From Lama guanicoe (taxonomy: Eukaryota): a stretch of DNA of 64,000 nt. Positions within the stretch are counted from its first letter, which is position 1. Each line of letters starts with the position of its first letter. Position numbers and translations under genes: made by a program. This document shows, in pieces, positions 1 to 12,330 of the stretch. The DNA lies in assembly GCA_013239625.1 (NCBI GenBank), contig MU054212.1, positions 6,484,270 to 6,548,269 of the forward strand, given 5' to 3'. The notes below the pieces were generated by a model. The model was not told the DNA's origin. It made no database searches and worked only from the letters and a program-made list of their open reading frames with translations.

Positions 1-120
1 GTGCATAATCATGATATATTATTAAATGTTAAACCACCCCTACATCTTACCTATCTTTCCCTATATTTGAATAAATCTAAACTTCATAAATTTCCTACTG
101 ATTAAGAAAAGCTATTAAAG

Positions 121-206
121 AAAGAAGAGAAGGAAGGATGGAAGGAAGGAAGGAAGGAAGGAAGGAAGGAAGGAAGGAAGGAAGGAAGGAAGGAAGGAAG
201 GATGGA
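121..206 (+). repeat. (GGAA)n microsatellite
   Basis: 15 perfect GGAA units at 140-199 with degenerate GGAT/GAGA flanks. Confidence 0.97.
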
Positions 207-254
207 TCTCAGCAGCCACACAGCAGTTCTATGTGTGAAGAACTGGCATTTTTA

Positions 255-345
255 TATATTATAGAAATTAGCTTGTGCAATTATGGAGGCTGAGAAGTCC
301 CATGACCCGCTGTCTTCAAGCTAGAGAACCAGGAAAGCTGGTACT
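255..345 (-). mobile_element. MLT2-family (ERVL) LTR fragment
   Basis: attatggaggctgagaagtcccatga...caagctagagaaccaggaaagctggt matches the antisense MLT2 motif. Confidence 0.8.
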
Positions 346-1265
346 ATATGTACGTCAGTATGGACTCTTGGATTTTAATTTTATACTTTGTCTTATAATC
401 CCCTACTACTTTATTTTATTGCTCACGTTACTCTGGCTTGGGACATTTGGAGCTCTTTCCGTTGGCTCCTGTGCCCATTTGGCATATCATTGTGTGTGTA
501 CGTGTGTCTGTCTCTGTGTGTATATGTGTGTGTTTGCACTTTCCTTGATTTCTAGTGTTACAAGACGTTCCAGAATCATCTTGTATATTAATGTTAAGGA
601 CCTGCCTCGGTCCTAGAAGCAGCCTTTTCTGCAAGTGGCTTGGTTCTTTTTGTTGGAGAATGGTTCTTTTCACTGGGTGCTAGATAAACTCATTACTACT
701 GGGGTGTCATCATTTCTGTGTCTTCACAGATGACAGAGCAAGAAAATATATGTGTGAACATGTAAATATATAACCGTGTATATGCCTGAATCTGTGCATA
801 TCCATGTATTAGTTTGCTAGAGCTGCTGTAACAAAATACCACAGACCGAGTGCCTTAAACAACAGAAGTTTATTTTCCCTTAAGGGCTCTGGTGGCTAAA
901 CATCCAAAACCATGGGGTTGGCAGTGTTAGTTTCTTCTGCAACCTCTCTCCTTGGCTTGCAGATGGCTCTCTTCTCTCTGTATCTTCACATAGTCTACCT
1001 TCTGGGTACATCTGTGTCCTTATCTCCTCTTCTTATAAGGACATTGGCCATATTGGATTAGACCCCACACACATGACCTCACTTACCTTAATTATGTCTT
1101 GAAAAGCCCTGTCTCAAAATACAGTCACATTCTGAGGTATTGGAGATAAAGACTTCAACATATGAGTTTGGGGTGTGGTGTCAGTTCAGCCTATGACAAT
1201 ACACATATCTATAAATACGTAACCATCTACATCTATATTAAACTAAACATAAGTTCATACCATGC
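346..1265 (-). mobile_element. Old L1 (L1MC/L1MD-type) 3' region, split by an MLT1 LTR
   Basis: cagtatggactcttggatttt...ggagctctttccgttggctcctgtg...ggagaatggt; sequence resumes after 1198 (catctatattaaactaaacataagttcatac). Confidence 0.8.
805..1198 (-). mobile_element. MaLR solo LTR, MLT1B-like, full length
   Basis: tgtattagtttgct...cagtcacattctgaggta...ttcagcctatgaca; TG...CA ends; 5-bp TSD atcca/ataca. Confidence 0.9.
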
Positions 1266-1289
1266 ATTTTTGACTCGAGTTTTAAAGAA

Positions 1290-2085
1290 AACTTTTTATA
1301 TTAAAATAATTACAGCGGGGAGAGTATGGCTCCACGGCAGAGTGCATGTTTAGCATACACAGGGTCCTGGGTTCAATCCCCAGTACCTCCTCTAAAAATA
1401 AATAAATAAGTAAACTTAACTGCCTCCCCCCCATTAAAAAAAATTATCGATTCACAGGAAATTACAGAAATAGTACAGAGAGGTCCAGTTTCTAATTTCC
1501 TCCAGTTTTTCCTGATGGCCATATTTTAGGTAACCATCGCACAACAACAAAATAAGGAAACCAACATTGGTAAAATGTGTGTATGTAGCTCGACACCTTT
1601 TAGCACATGTGCTAAGTCATGCAACCAACACACAATCCAAATACAGAACGGTTCCATCAACGCAGAGATCTCCCTCCTGCTATCCCTTTATACTCCTTCT
1701 CACCTCCCAGCCCCTCCCTCACTATGATCCCTGAACACTGCAGCCACAAAGCTCTTTCCCACCTTTTAATTCTGTCATTTTGAGAATGCTGTAGGAATGG
1801 AAGCAGGCAGTCAGTGACCTTTTGAGACTTGACTTTTTGACTCAAGAGATCCATCCATGTTGTTGGGTATATCAGTAGTACATTCCTTTTTTAATCCCTG
1901 TGTAGTATTCTATGGTGTGGATGTACCGCAATTTGTTTAACCATTCACCTACTGAGAGATATGTGGACTGTTTTCAGTTTTGAGAAATTACAAGTAAGAC
2001 TGCTATGAACATTCATGCACAGGTTTGTGTATGACATAAATTTTCATTTCTCTGGGTGGGATAAATGCCAAGGAATGTGATATTC
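1290..2085 (-). mobile_element. L1MB-type 3' end, interrupted by a SINE
   Basis: tagtacagagaggtcc...acagaacggttccatca...agtattctatggtgtggatgtacc...gctatgaacattcatgcacagg. Confidence 0.85.
1316..1445 (+). mobile_element. Vic-1-type camelid tRNA-Ala-derived SINE
   Basis: ggggagagtatggctc...gtcctgggttcaatccccagtacctcc, then aaataaataa/ctgcctcccccc and an A tail. Confidence 0.9.
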
Positions 2086-2521
2086 CAAATATGCAGCATG
2101 AAGAAAAGCTGTATCACATAACAGTGCAACCTGCAGGGTGATTGGCATATTCATAGTAATATGTAGATTAAACATTTTTGCTGTGGTTTTCAGGGATAGA
2201 ATAACAACAAATGTATGGAAGAGGGAACCTCTCTTTCCTTCTCAAGATTCCCTTAGATTGTCCTTTTAATATAGAAAGACCAAAATTAAGCTTGTAGTAA
2301 TTTAACTCTTATTTTGCACTGGGTACTGTCAATTTTTTAGAATGTAGAGATGATGGCCATGATTCTCATCATAAATACTAATTTAATTTTTGAATCCTAA
2401 AATGAAGCTTTAAGCCCTTTCATATTCTCTGGTTCTTCTGCAAAAGAAGGTGTTTGTCCTGGGACACTCAGTATTTTTCTAATCTGACTAAAAAGTAGGC
2501 TTCAGTCTTCTTATCCTCCAG

Positions 2522-2623
2522 AACAACCAGCTTTATAAATAACAAAATCACAGGACCATTCTGAATATAAGCATTTGAACAAGCCTGCTTTAGGTACTGA
2601 GATCCTATTTACACCCACCAAAG
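2522..2623 (+). other. Candidate exon (102 nt, phase 1-1, one in-frame TAA)
   Basis: acceptor tcttcttatcctccag, donor AAG|gtatgc; no transcript evidence. Confidence 0.25.
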
Positions 2624-3204
2624 GTATGCGCAGTGGTAAGACTTTGGGGGTCTTGGCTTATTTGAAGGCTACAGTTTGACAAAGGACTCTGTTTTCCATT
2701 ATTTGAAAACATTTTTTTCTTTATAAAGTAAAGAGAAAGAGATATTTACGTGTGGTTTTAAAAATGCTACATTTCCAATTTTGTAACTAGGGCCCAAGTG
2801 GAAAACCACTTTGACAATCTTCCCTTGACCTCTGTAATATAGAATGTCTCCACTTGATTGTACGACTTAGTTCTTTTTATTTCTTTGCAGTCTTTGTATG
2901 GCCCATCTCCTGTCTCCTGTTACAGTTCTTGCTTTTTAATTAGGCTTGTGCATGCTAATGCACAGCTGATTGTAGGGGAATATTTTAAGTCTTATTTTAA
3001 CTGCAATAAAATAGTCTTGGGCTAAATATTTGTGAAGGTCAAAATTTTTACATGCAAAAGGCATTTCTGTGGGGAATGAAGGGATCTGTTGAGTAGCTTT
3101 TCACATACCTCGCCCTTGGTAGGTACTTGATAAATGTGTGTCAAGCAGTTGAAACAGTGAACATATGTTGAAGTCCCTTTACAATAATGTTGTCGGTTAA
3201 CACA

Positions 3205-3620
3205 GCTAAACATTTATCGTGTGCATTTTTTGTGCCAGGAGCAGTATAAGGGATAAAAAATTAATAGGATGTGTTTGCCTTCAAATACCTCAGAGTCCAG
3301 AAGAGGAGACCTACTTCTTCTAAACAGATATTTTCAATTTAATATGATGGTGAGACTAATAGTGGCATACATCAATACTCCGAGAACAAACATTTGGGGC
3401 TACCAAACTGAGATTCAGGGGATCGAGGATGGCTTCAAAACTGAATTTTTCCCTCCCTGAGTAACAAAGGAATTCATGTCAATTGATGCAGAGAGGTGGA
3501 GGGGAGGGCAGAGTGGGAATAGAGGAAGCATGAAGGCACAGAGAGGTAGGCAGTACAAAATGCATCGGCGAGAAGGAGCACTGGGAAGGGAAAACCTGGA
3601 GGTGAGAGGCCAGTGAGGAC
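3205..3620 (-). mobile_element. L2 3' fragment
   Basis: aacatttatcgtgtgc...tgtgccagg...tgccttcaaatacctcagagtccag, the antisense L2 tail pattern. Confidence 0.6.
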
Positions 3621-3639
3621 CCTTGAAGGAATGAAAGTA

Positions 3640-3995
3640 AGTGAAGCTAGGGAAGTAAGTCAGACAGAGAAGGACAAATATTATATGATATCACTTATAT
3701 GTGGAAACTAAAAGAAAGATACAAATGAACTTATAGACAAATAGACTCACAGACATAGAAAACAAATTTATAGTTACCAAAGTGGAGGATTAGTTAGGAG
3801 TATAGGATTAACAGATACACACTACTACATATAAAATAGGTAAACAACAAGGACCTACTCTATAGCACAGGGAACTATATTCAGTATCTTATAATAACCT
3901 GTAATGGAAAAGAACCTGAAAAAGAATATATATAGATAACTGAATCACTTTTCTAATACAACATTGTAAATCAACTACACTTCAATAAAAAAAAG
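3640..3995 (+). mobile_element. Cetartiodactyl-type L1 3' end with poly(A)
   Basis: gaagtaagtcagacagagaaggacaaata...gacctactctatagcacagggaactatattcag...caactacacttcaataaaaaaaa. Confidence 0.92.
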
Positions 3996-4100
3996 AGTAT
4001 TTGACTTACTTCACTTAATATGATAATCTCTAAGTCCACCCATGTTGCTGCAAATGGCATTATTTCATTCTTTTTTATGGCTGAGTAATATTCCATATAT
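3996..4100 (-). mobile_element. L1 fragment, inverted relative to 3640-3995
   Basis: gacttacttcacttaatatgataatctctaagtccacccatgttgctgcaaatggcattatttcattcttttttatggctgagtaatattcca. Confidence 0.9.
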
Positions 4101-5955
4101 ACACATATATGTATATATATACGCACACACACAATGTGTGTTATATTGATCTGGTTTGCTAGTTAATCCCATCTTTCACTTAAATTGAAGTAAGTAAATC
4201 TACTTTAGTTGTTTGTTAGTTCTTTGGAGAGGTGGATGTGGGCAGTTAACGTCTGTTTATAAGAGGTTAAGGTATTGTACTAAAACCTAGCAAACTGGGC
4301 TGGTAACTTTAAGCTCTTTAAATGTCTGTATGATGGACTAACATTTTAGTACAGTGAATGGAAGCAATGAAGGAAATCAAGAAACGAAAGAGACAAATTA
4401 GACCAGAATGGTTTTAGTGCTCATCATCTTAATTTTATGGATGCATGTTAGAGTTTATAAGGGATGAATTGGGGAAGAAGAGCTCAGTCCTTCGGCCAGT
4501 GCCTCTTCAGGGGCCATTCTCCTCCTCCCTGCACCGCTGCTAATATTCTGTCAGCTTCATCTCGAGTTCCTGAAGGGATGCTCTGGTACTCCTGATGTGC
4601 CAGGCTATCCCAGCTTCTCACCTTCTATCGCTATGGTCAGGGATGTGAACATTAGCTATCGACCCTTCCCAAGCCCATTTGTATGTTCCTATAAAGATGC
4701 TACGCATTTCTAGCTTTCAGAATTGAGAAGATCCAGCTTGACTATCAGAACTTGACTGATTTGCTGACAACAGCCCTGGCACAAATAGTTTTCAACAGCA
4801 GTTATTTTACTGAGCTGAACTTTCTTAACATATCAGATCATTACTCTTAAGTACGAATACGTAGTCTTAGTGAAGTAACGGGGCACAGCCTGTATTGGAT
4901 TTTGATAGTTCTGGCATTTGGTTCAGCAGTAGCTTGACCCTGAGTTAATTAGTCTGACAATTCCTGCTGGCTGTTTAATCAAAATACTGCAACTTTCAAC
5001 TTCATCAGTAATTTAGTTCATTTGTCTTTATTATGATTCCCTGATTATTTCTGGTTGAAAGACTAGTATTTTTGATAATTGTAGTATCAGTGATGAATGG
5101 CAATAATAATGCCTGTGTAAAGTATGTGCATTAATACATCTACAGTAACACCATGGGCTTTGAAAATAAATTTCTTTGTAGGAAAGAAGATTGCAGCTGT
5201 TTCTCTAACACTCATGCTATCTTTCCTATGTCTTGGTAATTTAAATTACCATCAATGATAAGCAAACATTCCATCCAAGAGGACACAACTTATTCCCTCA
5301 AATAATTTTATTCTTTTTGAAAATTTTACAAATAATTTTATAAGAATAGGATTTTGAAGAATATACCTCTTTGACAAATCAGTCACTTATGTTTTCCATG
5401 TTTTTTCCTTCAATCTTGCACAACCAATTTCAATATAGCTGCAATTACAGTGTAGATTCAATTTTGTATTCTGCTTTTTTCACTTAGCATTATTCTTCCA
5501 TAATAATTTAAAGAGAGTTTTATTTACAGTTATTTCAAATGTAGAGAATATAATTTTCTAAACTGTACTTAAGCGCTCAATTTAAATATTTTAATGGCCA
5601 ACCCAGATCATCAAATGTGTTCTAGATAAGGGTACGTTATAGTTAATGCTTAACATTGCAGGAAGCAACTTGCATATACATTAGATTAAAGTCAAATGTT
5701 ATATGCAAGTGGAAATGAGGACATTAAAGGCTGGTCGTCTTTGTGTATTTGGAAATTTTTCCACAGTCAGATGTACTTCTGGAATTGGTTAGTCTGGCTG
5801 CTAACTTTTCATGCCCTGAACTAACTCAGCCAGTTGTAAAATTGTACCTTTCTGCAGATGACTTAACATGTGCACCTCATTTATACTTGAACTTGCTATG
5901 ATTCAGATAGCATTATCCTAAATGATGTTAAGAAATTGTTCATTTTCTGTGTCAG

Positions 5956-6037
5956 CGAAAAATGAGGAAAGGCCAACTACATTTCGCCTGAAGAGAGTCA
6001 TGTCAGAACTGACATCTTGGCAGATACAAAAATGCAA
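5956..6037 (+). other. Candidate exon (82 nt)
   Basis: acceptor ttcattttctgtgtcag, donor AA|gtaaga; one open frame KNEERPTTFRLKRVMSELTSWQIQKC. Confidence 0.3.
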
Positions 6038-6353
6038 GTAAGATATTTTAACAGGGCATACTAAAACTAATGAACTGAGGACCAATATACACTTCAACAT
6101 TGTATTAAAGTGACATCTACTGAATTTACAAATGTTAAAAGACATGCTTTATTAGTTGCTGTAGGAGTCCCGTTTCGTTTTAGTTTATCAGTTAAAAAGT
6201 AAATTTGCTTTCCTTTTGTGTTATTTTTAACCCTGACTTTAAAGTGTGGTTTGAGAAGATGGGTTTTAAAAATTAACTGTTCTGATAAAACAATATTAAA
6301 AGGAAAGTCGACTGTTTACTTATCTCTACACATTTACTAAAGAAACAAAATCT

Positions 6354-6490
6354 CTTACAGAGAAAAAAAAATGTGACAATGAATATACATATGTTCATGT
6401 ATAACTGAAAAATTGTGCTCTACACTGGAATTTGACACAACATTGTAAAATGACTATAACTCAATAAAAAATGTTAAAAAAAAAGAAAAT
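6354..6490 (+). mobile_element. Camelid-type L1 3' terminal fragment
   Basis: tgtgacaatgaatatacatatgttcatgtataactgaaaaattgtgctctacactggaatttgacac...tcaataaaaaatgttaaaaa; TSD-like gaaacaaaatct/gaagcaaaatct. Confidence 0.9.
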
Positions 6491-6894
6491 GAAGCAAAAT
6501 CTGAACAATGATTATGAGGTCTTTCGTAAGCAATAATGTGCTTAATCTAAAGAGCTAATTTGATACGTGAACATTTAAAAATTATTGGGTTATGTGCAAG
6601 AGTTGAGGAAGACCATTTCCACTTGATTCATTGTCTTTTAAGCCCTTATTAATACCTGGTGTCCAATTTTAATTTCTGTGTTTTCAGGGTTTTGTTTTTC
6701 CCCGGAGAATTTAGGGAAGGGCAGTGGAACTGATGAAAGGGCTATCAATTGGAAGATTAAATCTGATAATCTGATTGGGTTGTTTTTCCTGGAGGAGAGA
6801 CTAAGAAGTTTCCGTCGTACTCTCGTCTGGTGTACTGGTTATTATTATGATCAACAAGAGCAGTTTCAATCAGTTGCCTCTATTTTATTTAGAA

Positions 6895-7080
6895 CAGGCA
6901 TTCTCAAAGTATGGTCCCCTGGCCAGTGGCATCAGCATCATCTGGGTACCTGTGGGAAATGTAAATTCTTAGGGCCCACCCCTGACCTCTTGTATCAGAA
7001 ACGCTGAGGATGGAGCACAGACATCGAGCATAACTAACTTGCCAGGTGATTCTGATTCACATTAAAGTTTGAGAACTAAT
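6895..7080 (+). mobile_element. MER5A (hAT-Charlie MITE)
   Basis: ttctcaaagtatggtccc...gcatcagcatcatctggg...caggtgattctgattcacattaaagtttgagaac. Confidence 0.88.
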
Positions 7081-8276
7081 GTTTTGTAAGTATTTTAGGG
7101 TGAAGAACAGCTACTAAAAATAGGGACACATTTTTTAAAAAAAGAAAAGAAGATGAATGAGTGTTTGCTTTGATCTCAAGAAGAATCTTTCTTAGTGGGG
7201 CGGTTGTCCTGGAGCAGTATATTAAAGGAAGTTTTGTATTTCTAATCATGTAGATACTCAGAGGGGAAACCAAGAATTGCTTTATTGAATCAGACTCGTG
7301 CAAACAAGACCACTCTGTGCTCTGTATTTAGTCACGTGTGCAGACAGACGAGTCAGTTCTTGAGGCTGCTGGAAGGGGCACGTCTCCCAAGCAGCTTAAT
7401 TAGATCCATCATTACTTTACTGACACATTAAAGAATTTGCCAATTTGTGTATTCTTCTCAACTCCCTTCCCTCAAGATGCCCCGAGGATCTGTATGATTT
7501 TCAACCACTTGTTTTGAAAGAATAAGTAGCTTTGAGCCTGGAGTTACAAAGTGACTCAGTTCTTTAAATTCCTCTCCTTCTTTTCAATCCTGTAAAATAA
7601 CACACATATAGAAAAGCTTTGAAAATGAAAAAGACACTCTTAGTCAAACATAAAATGAAAATTTTATGAAACAGCTTTCTCTCTCAATTTTTTTTAAAGC
7701 TCAGGAAGGGGCTGGCCCAAAGATGAGAAAGGAGGTGACCTTTCCTTCCCTGGCTTTCCCAGGGCGCCTGGGTTCATTCTTGAAAAATGGTTTACATGTT
7801 AATCTGCTGCTACATCTAGGTTCTTAATCATTGGAAGATGGGCACAGCGGGGGCATGCATAGGTTTCTCCATCCTTTATATTGGGCCTCCTGATTACAAA
7901 CTCTTGGAGGACGGGACCACACATTTCCTCTCTATATTCACAATATGTTGGTGTCCAGCTTGAAAAATTGCCGTCTCGACATTCATTCAAGAACTATTCA
8001 TTATGTTGTACACATAAAATGAATATAATACTATATGACAGTTCTCTCATAATAATAATGATGATGACGATGATGACGACGATAAAGAACTATTTATCGA
8101 GCACTGTTTTCTGTGCCTAGTGCTAAGGTCAATATTAAATAGCACGCTTCCTCCCCATTCTCAGAGTTAACAGTTAAGTGTCATCCCTACCCACTCTAGA
8201 TTCTATCGCATCTTACTTACCTACAGGGTCAATGTGTCTGTTACAGCTGTAGTTCTCTCCCAGCAAAGACTAGAGC

Positions 8277-8461
8277 AGTGCTTCTCCAAGTGTGGTCCCC
8301 AGACCAGCAGCATGAGCATTACCCGGGAAGTTGTTAGAAATACATATCTCAGGTCCCATCCTAGAAGAGCAAAATCTGAAACTCTGGGATGGACACAACA
8401 AGCTATGTTTTAACAAGCCCTTCGGGTCACTCTGGTACCTGCTCAAGTGTGAGAACCACTG
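8277..8461 (+). mobile_element. MER5A (hAT-Charlie MITE)
   Basis: TIRs cagtgcttctc...gagaaccactg; internal gtggtccccagaccagcagcat, ttttaacaagccc. Confidence 0.92.
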
Positions 8462-8597
8462 TGATGGAGGACTGAATTCTAAAGTGATCAGGTGAGTCCT
8501 TTTGACAACTGGTATACGGTAATGCAACTGTTCAATCATTTTACATGGCACATAGATTTTCCAATAACAAGGTATCGAGAACAGGAAAAGAATAAAA

Positions 8598-8865
8598 GAA
8601 TGAATTTCCTATTGCTGTTGTATCAAATTACCACAAATTTAGTGGCTTAATACAATGCAAATTTCTTACCTCACAGCTCTCAAGGTCGAAGTTCTGAAAT
8701 ATGCTTCACTGGGTTTAAAATCAAGATGTTGGCAGGGTTGTGTTCCTTCAGGATGCCTGAGGGAATCTTGACTTGTCTCTTTTGCTGTGCATGGTACCAT
8801 AGTCACAGGTTCCAGGAATTAGGACATCAGCATCTTCGGGGCACCATTATTTTGCCTACCCCAAT
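8598..8865 (-). mobile_element. MLT1D-like MaLR LTR with internal deletion
   Basis: caaattaccacaaatttagtggctta...aaaatcaagatgttggcaggg...tcacaggttccaggaattaggaca...cattattttgcctacc. Confidence 0.82.
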
Positions 8866-9439
8866 GTTCATTAGGTAGAATAAAACACCAGGCAGTTCGT
8901 GTCTTAAGAATGGATGACTTCAGAATGTGAAAGCAATTGTTTGAAGAGTATCAAAAAGCAGCAATTACTGAGAGAAGGTCTTTAAGATCTATTAAAAATC
9001 CATTAGAAATGAAATATTTTATGTGGTCAGTAATAAAAAAGAGAGACACATATCTATTACATTTATGGCAACTGAAACTAAGGGTCAGCTCCACGGGCAG
9101 GTGGGCGGGCAGTTCCACTTCTGTATGAGCTGCGATTCTTTGGGGGCTATTGGAAGGACCCCCTAAAGTAAAACTTGTCTGCTGACAACACCAGCGAGCT
9201 CTTTATCCGAACATGTTTATCTTTAAAGTGGCGAGACTTCTAGAGAGGGCCATTTCTAATTAAGGCCTGAGCCAGTTCTTTGCTTCAAACAGAATTTATA
9301 TGTGAAATTCTGTTAAAGTGGACTTGATTGATTGCCTGGAAGGAGGAGAGCCATAAACAGGAAAGTCTGAGGCACTAGTTACAAGCAGTATGAGGCTTAA
9401 TTTTCTTTTCTCTAAAATCCAGCTAATTATTCTGACATC

Positions 9440-9540
9440 ATCGAATTATGGTGTGAATTAAAAGATATAATGCATCTAAAACACTTATCACAAAGCTTGG
9501 AACACAGTTAATTGTTCAGTAAGTGCTCGCTGTTCTCATT
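9440..9540 (+). mobile_element. MIR 3' fragment
   Basis: gtgaattaaaagatataatgcatctaaaacacttatcaca...ggaacacagt. Confidence 0.65.
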
Positions 9541-9869
9541 AGTGTGTTATGTTCATTATTATTATTTTTTAGTCTAATCTTCTTTGAGGAAGACAGATGG
9601 GGATGCTTTTGCCTTCCTTTGCTTTGTTGTTGGTGATGGATTTCAGAGGCTGGACATATGCAAACATTTCTATTTAGCAGTACATCAGCCAACTCCATCC
9701 ACCCCCACACCCCAACTTACTCCCTGGGTCTCAGTGGGCATTGAGAGGGGGAGCACCAAGAGCTCCATGAAGAGGGAGGGCAAAAGACCCAGAAATGGGG
9801 ATAGGGGTTGGCACACTTGAGTTACAGTTTTCTTCTACAGTTTTTCTGAGGGTCAAAGCAGAATGTCCA

Positions 9870-10345
9870 CTGGCCTGTGAGTGAGTCCATGTCAGGCATG
9901 GTCTTGGCACAGTGTCTGCCATGCACTAAGTGTTCAATAAATGTTTACTGAATGAATGAATTCTGTCTCTTCCTGGTGAGCCCTCACTGTATCCTCAGGT
10001 CATAGACTCCTTATGGCTAAAATGAAATTTGTGTTGACCCCAACTTCTACCTTCAAGCCCCTGGGACTAAATATAGTGTATGCCACTTTCTTGATGAAGT
10101 CTTTCCTAAGAGCTCCAAGATAGACTTTGCCACTCTGCTTCTCTGTCTTTGGTTCACACATTTACTTTATATTATCTGTTTCACTTTTTACCACTTAGAA
10201 GAACCTCTCTCTTTGTTTGCTGGACTAAAAGCTCATAGCAAACAGGTACCGTATCTTAATTCATCATCATACTTCCAAACTCTAGCACAAAGCCTGGAGC
10301 AGAGGAGGTGTTTAATAATTTTTTTTTCCTTAGTGAAAATGAATG
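9870..10345 (+). mobile_element. L2 3' fragments (two tails)
   Basis: ggcacagtgtctgcc...ttcaataaatgtttactgaatgaatgaa; ctagcacaaagcctgg...tttaataa. Confidence 0.7.
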
Positions 10346-10769
10346 ATGAACAGTTTCAGTAGGGGGTTTTAATGGTAGGGGTTGAGACTCCGGTGTGGAA
10401 AGGATCATTCTTATGGATGATTAAGTTCACAAAACTAGATGAAGTGGGTGACTGTGGACCACACTGACGTCTCAGAAGGCAGAAGAGTTACCTGTGTGTT
10501 GGTTGGCAGGGGTGATGAAGATGGCAAGAAGAGTGAATGGGCTTTAAGAGAAGAGAGGCAGAGAAAGAGCACAGAGACCAAAAATGAGAGCAAGGAGTGC
10601 CTGGCACCTTGACGAACCTGAGGAACGTCAAGGAGCAGGCACGAGAGGGAGGGTAACGGAAGGATCAGGGGAGAGACTGGTCAAGGTCAACCATCTTCTC
10701 AAAATGGCAAATGTCTGTATCCTTACTCACCTTCATCTCCTTTCTTCCTGCTTCAGAGAAGATATGCTG

Positions 10770-11560
10770 CTGTTTCTTTTCAAGGGCGAGTTCTCTGCAT
10801 GTGGTGGTATCTTGTTCTCTCCCTTTTTCTTCTTCCAGTTTAATCCTCTGCTTTGTTTCCTCCCTCTGCTCCCAACAAATATGCTCAAGTCTTCCTTACT
10901 CTAAAGTTGACACTTTCGTTGAGCTGGTCCTTTGAGCTTCACTCTTTATTTTATTTATTTATTTTTTAAATAGAAATATAGCTGATTTACAACGTTGTGT
11001 TAATTTCTGGTGTACAGCATAATGATTCAGTTATACATGTATATATAGTTATATATTTGTATATTCCTTTTCATATTGTTTTTCATTAGAGGCCATTACA
11101 AGGTGTTGAATATAGTTCCCTGTGCTATACAGTAAGGTCTTCTGGGTTATCTATTTTACATGTAGTAGTTAGAATCTGCTGATCCCAAACTCCCAGTTTA
11201 TCCTTCCATCCCCCTTTTCGCCCTGGTAACCATAAGTTTGTTTTCTATGTCTGTGAGTCTGTCTCTTTTATAAATAAGTTCATTTGTGTCCTTTTTCTGT
11301 TGTTGTTTTTAAAGATTCCACATATAAGTGATATCATGGTGTTCTTTGAGCTTCACTCTTAGCTCTTGTTTCTCCTTCATTGTTAATCGGGTCATCTGCA
11401 GCCCTGCCTCCACGTCTTCCCCTCTTAACTTCTCCAGTTTGGTGGTACTGCTGTGCTGAATCTATTTAACCATCATCGGTTATGTCCTAATTGCAAAAGA
11501 CTTGATAATTTCTTAGCCCGCAGTCCTCTAAACTTCCCTGAAGCATCTCATGCTGACTTT
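10770..11560 (+). mobile_element. L2 body fragment, split by a younger L1
   Basis: pyrimidine-rich L2-like body that continues across the L1 TSD. Confidence 0.55.
10947..11343 (-). mobile_element. Camelid/cetartiodactyl L1 3' end, 5'-truncated
   Basis: T-rich tail, tatagttccctgtgctatacagta, gattccacatataagtgatatcat; perfect 17-bp TSD ctttgagcttcactctt at 10930-10946 and 11344-11360. Confidence 0.95.
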
Positions 11561-11614
11561 TTGTCAAAATATGACCATCAGCGTTTCTATCTAGAAATAC
11601 TCTCCATGTTAACT

Positions 11615-12330
11615 AGTTAATTAAGCACATATTTGAGTGGCTACTATGGGCCAGCACCATCCCAAGGGAAAACAGTGGTGAGCAGAAACAGACTAGGTCC
11701 TTGTCCCTGGTAGAGGTTAAATTCTAAATGGGGAGTGAGACAGTTAATTGACCACACAGGTGACATGACATTCTGGAAAGAGGTATCAGGGAATCCTCCA
11801 GTAAGGAGCTGCAACACCATCAGTCAGGCCGGCAAGGCAGCTCCTACGGAGGGTCCTTTAAGTTGAGATCTCGGGATGTGCAGGAACTCAGCAGGCTAAG
11901 GGAAAATGGAAGTGTGCTGAAGCAAACAGAGCAATGTATTCAAGCTGCCAGTTGTAGGAAGAAGTGTGGAGAGTATGAGAGACTGAAAAAAAGTCCTGTT
12001 GGTCGGAGTGCAGAGGACCAGGGGGTGGGGGGGGTGCCTATGTGGGCGCCAGGAGGAAGATGCAACGGAATCTGGGTCACCAGGGATTTACAAACCACGC
12101 TAAGGAGTGAAGCGATGGGAAGCTATTAAAGAAATTTAAGCAAGTGGATGGCAAAATCAGGTTCCTGTTTTGAAAAAGCTGTTCTGGCCACAGCGTGATC
12201 CCCTGGGTGGAGGAGTGAGCAGAATGGAGGGGGCTTCAGAGCTAGTCGGGGGGCTGCTGTGTGGCGCAGGCAAGAGGTAGTGGTAGCTCGTACCAAAGCA
12301 GTGGCAGTGAGGGAGTCAATGAAATGATTC
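11615..12330 (-). mobile_element. L2 (L2a/b-like) 3' region
   Basis: atatttgagtggctactatgggccagcac...gggaagctattaaagaaatttaagca...tttgaaaaagctgttctggc. Confidence 0.8.

Noticed and set aside
4720..4849. Acceptor-like site followed by IEKIQLDYQNLTDLLTTALAQ...
   Set aside because: Weak pyrimidine tract, phase incompatible with the 2522-2623 candidate exon, and no recognised homologue
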